From the NCBI RefSeq assembly GCF_000014785.1, contig NC_008340.1, positions 2,340,001-2,372,000 of the forward strand: 32,000 nt of DNA. The letters run 5' to 3'. Below the pieces are notes generated by a model. It searched no databases. It saw only the letters and a program-made list of their open reading frames with translations, and was not told the origin of the DNA. The translations under genes were made by a program, and so were the position numbers. Of this stretch, positions 8,413 through 16,459 are shown one piece after another; positions within the stretch are counted from its first letter, which is position 1, and each line of letters opens with the position of its first letter. This stretch comes from Alkalilimnicola ehrlichii MLHE-1 (GTDB lineage Bacteria; Pseudomonadota; Gammaproteobacteria; Nitrococcales; Halorhodospiraceae).

Positions 8413-8434
8413 GCGCGGGCACCGATGCCCGCGC
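8413..8434. promoter_or_regulatory. Hairpin just upstream of the acpH-like gene
   Basis: Perfect 9-bp stem gcgcgggca / ccga / tgcccgcgc, ending 14 nt before the ATG at 8449. Confidence 0.45.
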
Positions 8435-8448
8435 GGCGGAGACGCGCC

Positions 8449-9069
8449 ATGAACCACCTGGCCCACCTTCAGCTCTCTGACGGCCCCGATGAGCGCCTGG
8501 GCAACCTGCTGGGTGACCATGTGCGTGGCCGGCTGCAGCCCGGGGACTGGCCGCCCGGCGTCTACCGGGGCCTGCACCTCCACCGGCGCATTGACAGCCT
8601 CGCAGATCACCACCCGGCCGCCCGCACCCTGCGTGCCCGCTTTCCCAACGGCGAACGGCGCTGCGCCGGCATCCTGCTCGACCTCTGCCACGATCACTTT
8701 CTGATCCGCCACTGGACCGTGCTCCAGGATCAGCCGCTTGCCGACTGGGTCCGGCGGGTCTACCGCGAGCTGGCCGACCGGCGCCCGGACATGCCTGCGC
8801 CGTTGCAGCAACGACTGCCCACGCTCATTGAGCGAGACTGGCTCCGGGCCTGCAGCGATCTCGAGGGCGTGGAAAGGGTCCTGGCCCGGGTGGCGGGACG
8901 ACTGCGCCGGCCCGAGCCCCTGTTGCGGGCCGGAGCCCGACTGCGTCAACTCTATCCGGACCTGGAGCGCTGCTTCCTCGCCCTTTACCCCGATATCCGG
9001 GCCTCAGTGGCCCACGAACGCGTCCGGGTTCGGGACGGATGGTGTGCAGAGCGCCCCCCGGCGCGCTAA
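8449..9069 (+). CDS. Acyl carrier protein phosphodiesterase (AcpH/YajB-like family)
   Basis: MNHLAHLQLS...RLGNLLGDHVRG and HRRIDSLADHHPAA, with a C-terminal LYPDIRASV region. Confidence 0.83.
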   Translation: MNHLAHLQLSDGPDERLGNLLGDHVRGRLQPGDWPPGVYRGLHLHRRIDSLADHHPAARTLRARFPNGERRCAGILLDLCHDHFLIRHWTVLQDQPLADWVRRVYRELADRRPDMPAPLQQRLPTLIERDWLRACSDLEGVERVLARVAGRLRRPEPLLRAGARLRQLYPDLERCFLALYPDIRASVAHERVRVRDGWCAERPPAR

Positions 9070-9158
9070 ATTGTTACCGGAAGCCTCGGCGCAACCGGTC
9101 CGCCCCCGGCGGATGCGCACCGGCGCCAACCATCCCTACATGGAGGAGTTAACAGCCC

Positions 9159-10112
9159 ATGCGTCGATCCAGCCTGCTTGCCCTGCTCGCGCTGCTGGCC
9201 GCCGGCCTGACCGCGCTGCCCGCCCACGCCCGCGACCTGACCTTCGGCGGTGCCTCCATCACCGGCGTCTACTATCAGGTGGCCCAGCACGGCTGCCGCC
9301 TGCTGGAGCAACACAAACCGGAGTACAACTGCGTGGGCCGCCCCACCCAAGGCTCGGTGTTCAATATCAACGCCCTCTCTCAAGGCTCCATCGACTTTGG
9401 CGTCGCCCAGTCCGACCGCGCCTGGCAGGCCATCAACGGCCAGGCCGAGTGGGAGCGCCGGGGCGCCTTCGAAGGTCTGCGCAGCCTGTTCGCCATGCAC
9501 CCGGAGACGGTCATGCTGGTGGTACGGGCCGACAGCGATATCCACGCCGTAGAGGACATCACAGGCCACACCATCAACGTCGGCAACCCCGGCTCCGGCC
9601 AGCGCCGTAACGCCATGGACGTCCTGGAGATCTACGGCATCGACCCGCGCAGCGACATCCGCGCCCGCAACCTGCAACAGCACGAGGCCTCCCGCGCCCT
9701 GGTCGATGGCCAGGTGGACGGTTTCTTCTACACCGTGGGCAACCCCAGCGCCGCCATTGAGGAGCCGGCCAACACGGTAGACATCCGCATGATCCCGCTC
9801 GACTCAGACGCCATCCGCGCGTTCGTGGACGAACGGCCCTACTACGTGATGACCCGGATACCCGCCGGCACCTACCCCGGGGTGGACGAGGACATCGGGA
9901 CTTATGCGGTCACCGCCACCGTGGTCACCCACGCCGACATGGACGAGGCCGTGGCCTACGACCTGACCGCCGCTGTCTTTGAACAGATGGACGACCTGCG
10001 CAACGCCCACGCCGCCTTCCGCCATCTGGAGCCCGAGGCCATGATGGAGGGCGTCTCGGTGGACCTCCACCCCGGCGCCCTGCGCTACTACGAAGAGCAG
10101 GGCTGGCGCTGA
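9159..10112 (+). CDS. TAXI-family TRAP transporter solute-binding protein
   Basis: 317 aa with a signal peptide (ending near LPAHA). LTFGGASITGVYYQVAQHGCRL, FGVAQSDRAWQAI and INVGNPGSGQRRNAMDVLE are TAXI signatures. SD-like ggaggag upstream. Confidence 0.93.
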   Translation: MRRSSLLALLALLAAGLTALPAHARDLTFGGASITGVYYQVAQHGCRLLEQHKPEYNCVGRPTQGSVFNINALSQGSIDFGVAQSDRAWQAINGQAEWERRGAFEGLRSLFAMHPETVMLVVRADSDIHAVEDITGHTINVGNPGSGQRRNAMDVLEIYGIDPRSDIRARNLQQHEASRALVDGQVDGFFYTVGNPSAAIEEPANTVDIRMIPLDSDAIRAFVDERPYYVMTRIPAGTYPGVDEDIGTYAVTATVVTHADMDEAVAYDLTAAVFEQMDDLRNAHAAFRHLEPEAMMEGVSVDLHPGALRYYEEQGWR

Positions 10113-10119
10113 GGCCTGC

Positions 10120-10145
10120 GCCCGCCCCGGGCCACCGGGGTGGGC
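10120..10145 (+). promoter_or_regulatory. Intercistronic hairpin between the solute-binding and permease genes
   Basis: gcccgccccgg / gcca / ccggggtgggc: 11-bp stem with one G-T wobble, 7 nt after the upstream stop. Confidence 0.6.
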
Positions 10146-10166
10146 GGCACTCTCCTGCCCCGCTGA

Positions 10167-12287
10167 ATGAGCACCCCGCGTAACGGTGAGGACCAGGCCC
10201 GGGAGATGGCCCGGGCCGTGGAGAGCGGTGCCCGCCAGCCACGCGGCCGGCTGGCCGTGGCGGCCATCGCGCTGCTGTGCCTGGCCTGGTCCGCTTTCCA
10301 GGTGGCCATCGCCTGGGACCCCATCGACGCCCACATCGCCCGGGTCTGGCACCTGGCCTTCGCCATCACCCTGGCCTACCTGTTGTTCCCCGCCCGGCAC
10401 CGCCCGGCGCCGCGCTGGCTCCGCCCCCTGCAGCGCTTTGGCCTGTTCCGGGACAACCGCCAGCGCATCCCGTGGGTCGATATCCTGCTCGCCCTGGTGG
10501 CGGCCGCCGCCACCCTGTGGATCTGGTGGGACTACGAGGAGATCCTCTGGCGGGCCGGGCTGCCCGAGCCCCAGGACATCGTCCTGGGCATCGTGCTGGT
10601 GGTGCTGTTGCTGGAGGCAGCCCGGCGAACCTTGGGCTGGGCGCTGCCCATTCTCGCTGCCCTGTTCCTGATCTACTGCTTCGCCGGCCCCTGGATGCCC
10701 GGGCTGCTCCGCCACCGCGGCGTGTCGCTGGAGATCCTGGTCAACGACATGTACCTGAGCGACTCCGGGATCTTCGGGGTGCCACTGGGCGTGTCGGTGG
10801 GGTTCGTCTTCCTGTTCGTGCTGCTGGGCGCGCTGCTGGAGCGGGCGGGGGCCGGCAAGTACTTTATCGACGTGGCCTACTCCGCCCTGGGCAGCCTGCG
10901 CGGCGGCCCGGCCAAGGCGGCGGTGTTCGCCTCCGGGCTCACCGGCTCGGTGTCCGGCTCCTCCATTGCCAACACCGTCACCACCGGTACTTTTACCATC
11001 CCGCTGATGAAACGGGTGGGTCTGCCGCCGCACAAGGCGGCGGCGGTGGAGGTGGCCGCCTCCACCAACGGCCAGTTGATGCCGCCGGTGATGGGCGCGG
11101 CCGCCTTCATCATGGCGGAGATCGTCGGCCTGCCCTATCTCGATGTACTGCGGGCGGCGATCATCCCGGCGCTGGTGGCCTACATCGCCCTCTTCTACGT
11201 AGTGCATGTGGAGGCCTGCAAAGAAAACGTGGCCGTGGTGCCGCGCAGCGAACTGCCCCCCTTCTGGTCCACGCTACTGCGCGGCCTGCACTACCTGGTG
11301 CCGCTACTGATGCTCATCTGGTTCCTAGTGATCATGCGCCGCTCGCCGGTGGCCTCGGCACTGCTGGCCATCCAGGCCACCGTGGTGATCATGCTGGTGC
11401 AGCGGCCCATCCTGGCCTACCTGACCCATCGGCGGATGGGCGCCGGGGCGCCCCTCTACCGGGTGTTGGGGCAGGCCCTGCTGGGCGGTGTGGGCGATGT
11501 GCTGCGGGGGATGATCGGCGGCGCCCGGAATATGGTGGCCGTGGGGGTGGCCACCGCCACCGCCGGGATCATTGTCGGGGTGGTCAGCACCACCGGGCTG
11601 GTGGGCCGCTTCGTCAACGTCATCGAGGTGCTCTCCATGGGGAGCCTCTACCTGATGCTGGGGCTCACCGCCCTCACCTGCATCATCCTCGGCATGGGGC
11701 TGCCCACCACCGCCAACTACATTGTCATGGCCACGCTGACCGCCCCGGTGATCGTCCAGTTGGGCGGTGACATGGGGCTGCTGATCCCGGTGATCGCCGC
11801 CCACCTGTTTGTGTTCTATTTCGGCATCCTGGCCGACGACACCCCACCGGTGGGGTTGGCGGCCTATGCCGGCGCGGCGATCGCCCAGAGCCCGCCCCTG
11901 AAGACCGGGGTCCAGAGTTTCAGTTACGACCTGCGCACCGCGATCCTGCCCTTCGTCTTCGTTTTCAATACCGAACTGCTGATGATCAGCGGTTTGGACG
12001 AGGCGGGGCGGATCATCTGGCAGACCGACCCGGTGGTGATCGGCTGGACGTTCCTCACCGCCCTGCTGGGGCTGTTCGCGCTGGTCTCCGCCATCGCCGG
12101 CTACGCCGGCAGCCGCTGCCACAGGCTGGAGCGGCTGCTGTTGCTGGCCCTGGCGCTGCTGCTGCTGCGCCCGGACTGGCTGGCCGAGCCCACCGCGGCA
12201 CCGGCCGCACTGGTCCAGATCGCCTGCCTGGCGGCGTATGGCATGCTGTATCTCTGGCAACGCCGACGCGCACCCCGGCCCGCCTGA
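10167..12287 (+). CDS. TRAP transporter fused permease subunit (DctQM-like)
   Basis: 706 aa, many TM segments. Motifs include FASGLTGSVSGSSIANTVTTGTFTIPLMKRVG, ASTNGQLMPPVMGAAAFIMAE, LGMGLPTTANYIV and DDTPPVGLAAYAGAAIA. Confidence 0.95.
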   Translation: MSTPRNGEDQAREMARAVESGARQPRGRLAVAAIALLCLAWSAFQVAIAWDPIDAHIARVWHLAFAITLAYLLFPARHRPAPRWLRPLQRFGLFRDNRQRIPWVDILLALVAAAATLWIWWDYEEILWRAGLPEPQDIVLGIVLVVLLLEAARRTLGWALPILAALFLIYCFAGPWMPGLLRHRGVSLEILVNDMYLSDSGIFGVPLGVSVGFVFLFVLLGALLERAGAGKYFIDVAYSALGSLRGGPAKAAVFASGLTGSVSGSSIANTVTTGTFTIPLMKRVGLPPHKAAAVEVAASTNGQLMPPVMGAAAFIMAEIVGLPYLDVLRAAIIPALVAYIALFYVVHVEACKENVAVVPRSELPPFWSTLLRGLHYLVPLLMLIWFLVIMRRSPVASALLAIQATVVIMLVQRPILAYLTHRRMGAGAPLYRVLGQALLGGVGDVLRGMIGGARNMVAVGVATATAGIIVGVVSTTGLVGRFVNVIEVLSMGSLYLMLGLTALTCIILGMGLPTTANYIVMATLTAPVIVQLGGDMGLLIPVIAAHLFVFYFGILADDTPPVGLAAYAGAAIAQSPPLKTGVQSFSYDLRTAILPFVFVFNTELLMISGLDEAGRIIWQTDPVVIGWTFLTALLGLFALVSAIAGYAGSRCHRLERLLLLALALLLLRPDWLAEPTAAPAALVQIACLAAYGMLYLWQRRRAPRPA

Positions 12288-12386
12288 TGCCGGCGGGCAG
12301 GTCGCCGCCGGCCCCTTACCCCGGCAGCAGCAAAGTGCTAGTTTTCGGGTATCACCCGTCGGATCCGCGATCACTCTGGAGCGACC

Positions 12387-12815
12387 ATGTACGAGTTCGT
12401 CAACTACCAGGTCAAGGATTACATGACCCCCGCCCCCCGCACCATCAGCCCGGACACCGCGCTGCGGGAGTTGGAAGCGCTGTTCGCACGCCACGATTTC
12501 AATGGTGTCCCGGTCACCGATGAGCAGCAGACCTTGCTCGGGGTAGCCACCAAATTCGACCTGCTCAAGGCCTTCACCTTCCAGCCGACGGCCATGATCC
12601 CCCCCTACGAGGCCATCATGGCGCGCAAGGTGGCCGACTACATGACCCGGGAACCGGTCACCACCCAGCCCGATATGCCGCTCACCCGTGTCCTCCAACG
12701 CATGGTGGAGATGCGCACCAAGAGCTTCCCGGTGGTGGACGACGGCCGGGTGGTCGGTGTCATCGCCCGCGAGGACATCCTGCGGGCCCTGGAGGACGCC
12801 ACCCGCGCCGGCTGA
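12387..12815 (+). CDS. CBS-domain protein
   Basis: 142 aa with two CBS repeats (VKDYMTPAPRTISPDTALRELEALF...FNGVPVTDEQ and VADYMTREPVTTQPDMPL...SFPVVDDGRVVGVIAREDIL). Confidence 0.9.
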   Translation: MYEFVNYQVKDYMTPAPRTISPDTALRELEALFARHDFNGVPVTDEQQTLLGVATKFDLLKAFTFQPTAMIPPYEAIMARKVADYMTREPVTTQPDMPLTRVLQRMVEMRTKSFPVVDDGRVVGVIAREDILRALEDATRAG

Positions 12816-12828
12816 CTCTGGAGAGCGA

Positions 12829-13662
12829 ATGAATCCATCCACCACGATCGGCATGCTCGGCGGGCTGGGCATGCTGGTCACTGTGTTGTTCTTCGCGGCC
12901 GAGGAGCCGGCCGCCTTCATCAATCTGCCGGGGCTGGCCATCGTCCTCGGCGGCACCTTCGCCGCCACCTTTCTCAGCTACCCGCTGAAAGAGGTGCTAC
13001 GGGTCTTCGGCCTGTTCGGCATCGTGCTGCGCAACGAGCGCCTGTACACCCGGGACGACATGGAGGAGCTGATCCAGATCTCCCGGCTCTGGCTGCGGGG
13101 CGATATCCGCGCCGTGGAGGCGGCCCTGGACAAGGTCTCCAACCCCTTCCTGCGCACCGGTGTGCAGTTGCTGATCGACCTCACGCCGGAGGAGGACATC
13201 CTCGATCTGCTGCAATGGCGCATCTCCCGCCTGCGTGCCCGCGAGCGGGCCGAGGCCCAGCTGTTCCGGGTGATGGCCAGCTTCGCCCCGGCCTTCGGCA
13301 TGATCGGCACCCTGGTGGGGCTGATCAACATGATGTTCATCCTCGACCAGGGGGACATCGCCCTGATCGGCCAGCACATGGCCGTGGCGCTACTGACCAC
13401 CTTCTACGGCATCCTGCTCGCCAACATGGTGTTCAAACCGATCGCGGTGAAGCTGGAGCGCCGGACCGAGCAGCGGGTGGTGCTGATGAATATGGTGCTG
13501 CAGGGCATCTCCATGATGTGTCAGAAACGCAACCCGACACTGATGCGCGAGACGCTCAACTCCTTCATGGCGCACTATAAGGACGAAATCCGCGACCCCA
13601 GCATCCGGCTGGATGCCGAGAACGGGGCCCAGGCACCGGCAGGACCCAACAGTGGACGCTGA
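12829..13662 (+). CDS. MotA/TolQ/ExbB-type proton channel protein (MotA/PomA-like)
   Basis: 277 aa. GLAIVLGGTFAATFLSYPL, MASFAPAFGMIGTLVGLINMM and a C-terminal TM before a basic tail. Confidence 0.88.
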   Translation: MNPSTTIGMLGGLGMLVTVLFFAAEEPAAFINLPGLAIVLGGTFAATFLSYPLKEVLRVFGLFGIVLRNERLYTRDDMEELIQISRLWLRGDIRAVEAALDKVSNPFLRTGVQLLIDLTPEEDILDLLQWRISRLRARERAEAQLFRVMASFAPAFGMIGTLVGLINMMFILDQGDIALIGQHMAVALLTTFYGILLANMVFKPIAVKLERRTEQRVVLMNMVLQGISMMCQKRNPTLMRETLNSFMAHYKDEIRDPSIRLDAENGAQAPAGPNSGR

Positions 13663-14407
13663 GCAGTCCGCAGCAGCGGGCGGAACGGGCGCATTCCGCC
13701 GGGGCCGATTCGCCCAGTGGCACGTGGAACCGGCCGAGGACACGGAGGGTGAGAGCTGGCTGTTGGTCTACCTGGATGTGATGACCCTGCTGCTGGTGAT
13801 GTTCGTGGTCATGCTGGCCTTCACGGAGGATCACGCCGGGGTCCCGGAGCAGGAACCCGGCCTGTTTGCCGGGCAGGCCGGCGTACCCAGTGTGCTGGAG
13901 GGCGAGTTCGGTCCACTCTACGCCTTGCCGGAATCCCCGGCACCCGTCGCCGACCCGGCCACGGAGGAAGACCCCGTAGACCAGGCCATGGCAGACGAGC
14001 TGGATGCACTGGGCGACGATATCGACGTCCTGGTGGAGGCGGGCAGCATCAGCTTCCGGATCAGCGACGAGATCCTGTTCCCCTCCGGCGAGGCCGAACT
14101 CACGGACCAGGGGCTGCAGGTCCTCGGGCAGCTCATCCCGGTACTGGAGGTCAGCGACCATCGGATCACTGTGGAGGGCCACACCGACAATGTCCCCATC
14201 GCCACGGAGCGCTTCCCCTCCAACTGGGAACTGTCCACCGGTCGCGCCACGCGGGTCCTGCGCTTTCTCGAGGCGGAGGGGATCGCCTCCACCCGCCTCC
14301 AGGCCACCGGCCTCGCCGACACCCGCCCCATTGCCGGCAATGCCACCGCCGAGGGGCGTGCCCAAAACCGTCGGGTGGAGTTGGTGCTGCAGACGCCGGC
14401 GGAGTAG
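13652..14407 (+). CDS. MotB-like OmpA-domain protein
   Basis: A single TM with the expected acidic residue (SWLLVYLDVMTLLLVMFVVMLAF) and the peptidoglycan-binding motif VEGHTDNVPI...FPSNWELSTGRA. Possible GTG start at 13652, overlapping the motA-like gene. The track start is 13613. Confidence 0.87.
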   Translation: MDAEQSAAAGGTGAFRRGRFAQWHVEPAEDTEGESWLLVYLDVMTLLLVMFVVMLAFTEDHAGVPEQEPGLFAGQAGVPSVLEGEFGPLYALPESPAPVADPATEEDPVDQAMADELDALGDDIDVLVEAGSISFRISDEILFPSGEAELTDQGLQVLGQLIPVLEVSDHRITVEGHTDNVPIATERFPSNWELSTGRATRVLRFLEAEGIASTRLQATGLADTRPIAGNATAEGRAQNRRVELVLQTPAE

Positions 14408-14485
14408 GCCACCTTTGAGCGCGCGCTCCATTGCGGGCATACTCGGCGGGCCATACCCATACACAACAACAGGCTATTATTCAGA

Positions 14486-15634
14486 ATGACCACACCGCCC
14501 GCAATGCAGGCGCTCCACCGATGGCTCGAGCGGCTCAGCCTCCCCGACCTGTTGGATACCCGCGGTCACTCGCAGGATTTCTCCGGCTCCCGGGCCGGCT
14601 ACATCAACACCCGCATCCGGCCCCTCGCCCTGGTGCTGGCCCTGCTGATCCCGGCCTGGATCCCGGTGGATTACGCCTTTATGCCGATCGGCGAGTTCAC
14701 GCTAATGGCGTTGCTGCGGGTGGCCTGCACCGCCGTGCTGTTGGGGTTGTTCTTCTGGTGTGGCCGCGAGCAGCTCACGCTGCCGCAGGCCCGGCTCCGA
14801 CTGGGGCTGCTGATCACCATCCCGCTGCTGCTCTACGGCGCGGCCCGCCTGCTCCTGAACGGCGATGTCGCCCCCGGGCTGATCCTGGGCTACTCCTTCT
14901 TTCCGGTGCTGACGGTGGCCATGCTCACCGTCTTCCCGCTCACCCTGCGCGAGGCGCTCGGCTACCTGCTGCCGGTACTGCTCGTCTACACCCTGCTCGA
15001 GATCGCGGTCGGCCGCACCCTGGACCTGCAGAGCCTCGGCGGGCTCTGGCTGCTAGTACTGGTGGCACTGGTGGCCGCCTGGTCGGTCGCCGGCCAGCTG
15101 TTGATGCTGCTGCGGCTCTACCGACAGGCCACCCGCGATCCGCTCACCGGGCTGTTCAACCGGCGCGCCCTGACCGAGCAGATCGAACGCGAGCGCGCCC
15201 GCTTCCTGCGCACCGGACGCCCGCTCACGGTGTTGCTCTTCGATCTGGACCGGTTCAAGCGGATCAACGATCACCACGGCCATCTGGTCGGCGACCGGGT
15301 ACTGCAGGTGTTCGCCAACGTGGTCCAACAGAACCTGCGTACCACCGATCACTTCGGACGCTGGGGCGGCGAGGAGTTCCTCGCCGCCCTCCCCGAGACC
15401 ACCTCGGAGCAGGCCCGGGTGGTGGCCGAGCGGGTCCGGCAGGCCTGCGAGAACGAGCGGCTGACCCTGGCCGAGGGCCCGTCGCTCGGCTTTACTACCA
15501 GTATCGGGGTTGCCACCCTGCACCGGGATGAGACCCTGGACTCCCTGTTCAACCGAGTGGATGAGGCCTTGTACAACGCCAAGGCCTATGGCAGAAACCG
15601 AGTCGTCGAAGCGGAGGTCCCCGCCAGCGCATGA
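14486..15634 (+). CDS. Membrane-bound diguanylate cyclase (GGDEF)
   Basis: An N-terminal multi-TM module. DRFKRINDHHGHLVGD and RTTDHFGRWGGEEF (I-site RTTD and active-site GGEEF). Confidence 0.93.
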   Translation: MTTPPAMQALHRWLERLSLPDLLDTRGHSQDFSGSRAGYINTRIRPLALVLALLIPAWIPVDYAFMPIGEFTLMALLRVACTAVLLGLFFWCGREQLTLPQARLRLGLLITIPLLLYGAARLLLNGDVAPGLILGYSFFPVLTVAMLTVFPLTLREALGYLLPVLLVYTLLEIAVGRTLDLQSLGGLWLLVLVALVAAWSVAGQLLMLLRLYRQATRDPLTGLFNRRALTEQIERERARFLRTGRPLTVLLFDLDRFKRINDHHGHLVGDRVLQVFANVVQQNLRTTDHFGRWGGEEFLAALPETTSEQARVVAERVRQACENERLTLAEGPSLGFTTSIGVATLHRDETLDSLFNRVDEALYNAKAYGRNRVVEAEVPASA

Positions 15635-16311
15635 GCACCCCGCACCCCCGTTTTATGCTGTTTCCGCCGGTCATCACCTTCCTGCTGACCGTCAACGGGT
15701 TGGTGTTTCTGCTCCAGGGCTTCATGGGGCCGACACTGATCACCCACTTCGCGCTCTGGCCCCTGGGCACCCCCGACACCATGCCCTTCAGGGGTATGCT
15801 CACCCAGGTGCCGGAGTTCCAGGTCTGGCAGCTGCTGACCTACGGCTTTCTCCACGGGGGCCTGTTTCACCTGGTGGTCAACCTGTTCGCCATGTGGATG
15901 CTGGGGGTGCAGGTGGAGAACGCCTGGGGATCCCGGCTGTTCGCGATCTATTTTCTCGTCTGCGTGGTCGGAGCCGGTCTCGTGCAACTGGTGGTGGCCA
16001 CCCAGATGGCCGCCGACGGCGCCATCTACCCTACCGTCGGGGCCTCAGGCGGGGTTTTTGGTATCCTGCTCGCCTTCGGCATGATGTTCCCCAACCAGCG
16101 TCTGATGCTGATCTTCCTGCCGATCCCGATCAAGGCCAAGTACTTTGTCATGGCCTACGGGGCCTTTGAGCTGTTTGCCGGCATCACCCGCACCGATGCC
16201 GGTATCGCCCATTTCGCCCACCTGGGTGGCATGGTGGTGGGGCTGCTGTTGATCCAGTACTGGCGGGGGCGCCTGCCCATCAAGCCGCGCCGGCAGGTCT
16301 TCTGGTGGTAG
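15631..16311 (+). CDS. Rhomboid-family intramembrane protein
   Basis: Six-TM topology. ASGGVFGILLAFGMMFP (the GxSG-type region is degenerate as GASGGVFG), HLVVNLFAMWMLG, and HLGGMVVG with the histidine. The start overlaps the upstream stop by 4 nt (ATGA). Confidence 0.85.
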   Translation: MSTPHPRFMLFPPVITFLLTVNGLVFLLQGFMGPTLITHFALWPLGTPDTMPFRGMLTQVPEFQVWQLLTYGFLHGGLFHLVVNLFAMWMLGVQVENAWGSRLFAIYFLVCVVGAGLVQLVVATQMAADGAIYPTVGASGGVFGILLAFGMMFPNQRLMLIFLPIPIKAKYFVMAYGAFELFAGITRTDAGIAHFAHLGGMVVGLLLIQYWRGRLPIKPRRQVFWW

Positions 16312-16459
16312 GCCGCGCACTGCTATCTCCAAGAGGGGAACTAGTTTATATTGGTAATAATGCACATAATGCCCTCCGGCGCCCGGGTGGGCCATCTATC
16401 TGACTAGCCGCTGTGATAGGCTTTCCGCAGGTTGCCATGGCAGACAGGATCCCCCTTAT

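Noticed and set aside
9804-12968. Long minus-strand ORFs 9804..11207 and 11325..12968
   Set aside because: Antisense to the TAXI, TRAP permease and CBS genes, with His/Gln/Gly/Arg-rich shadow-frame composition.
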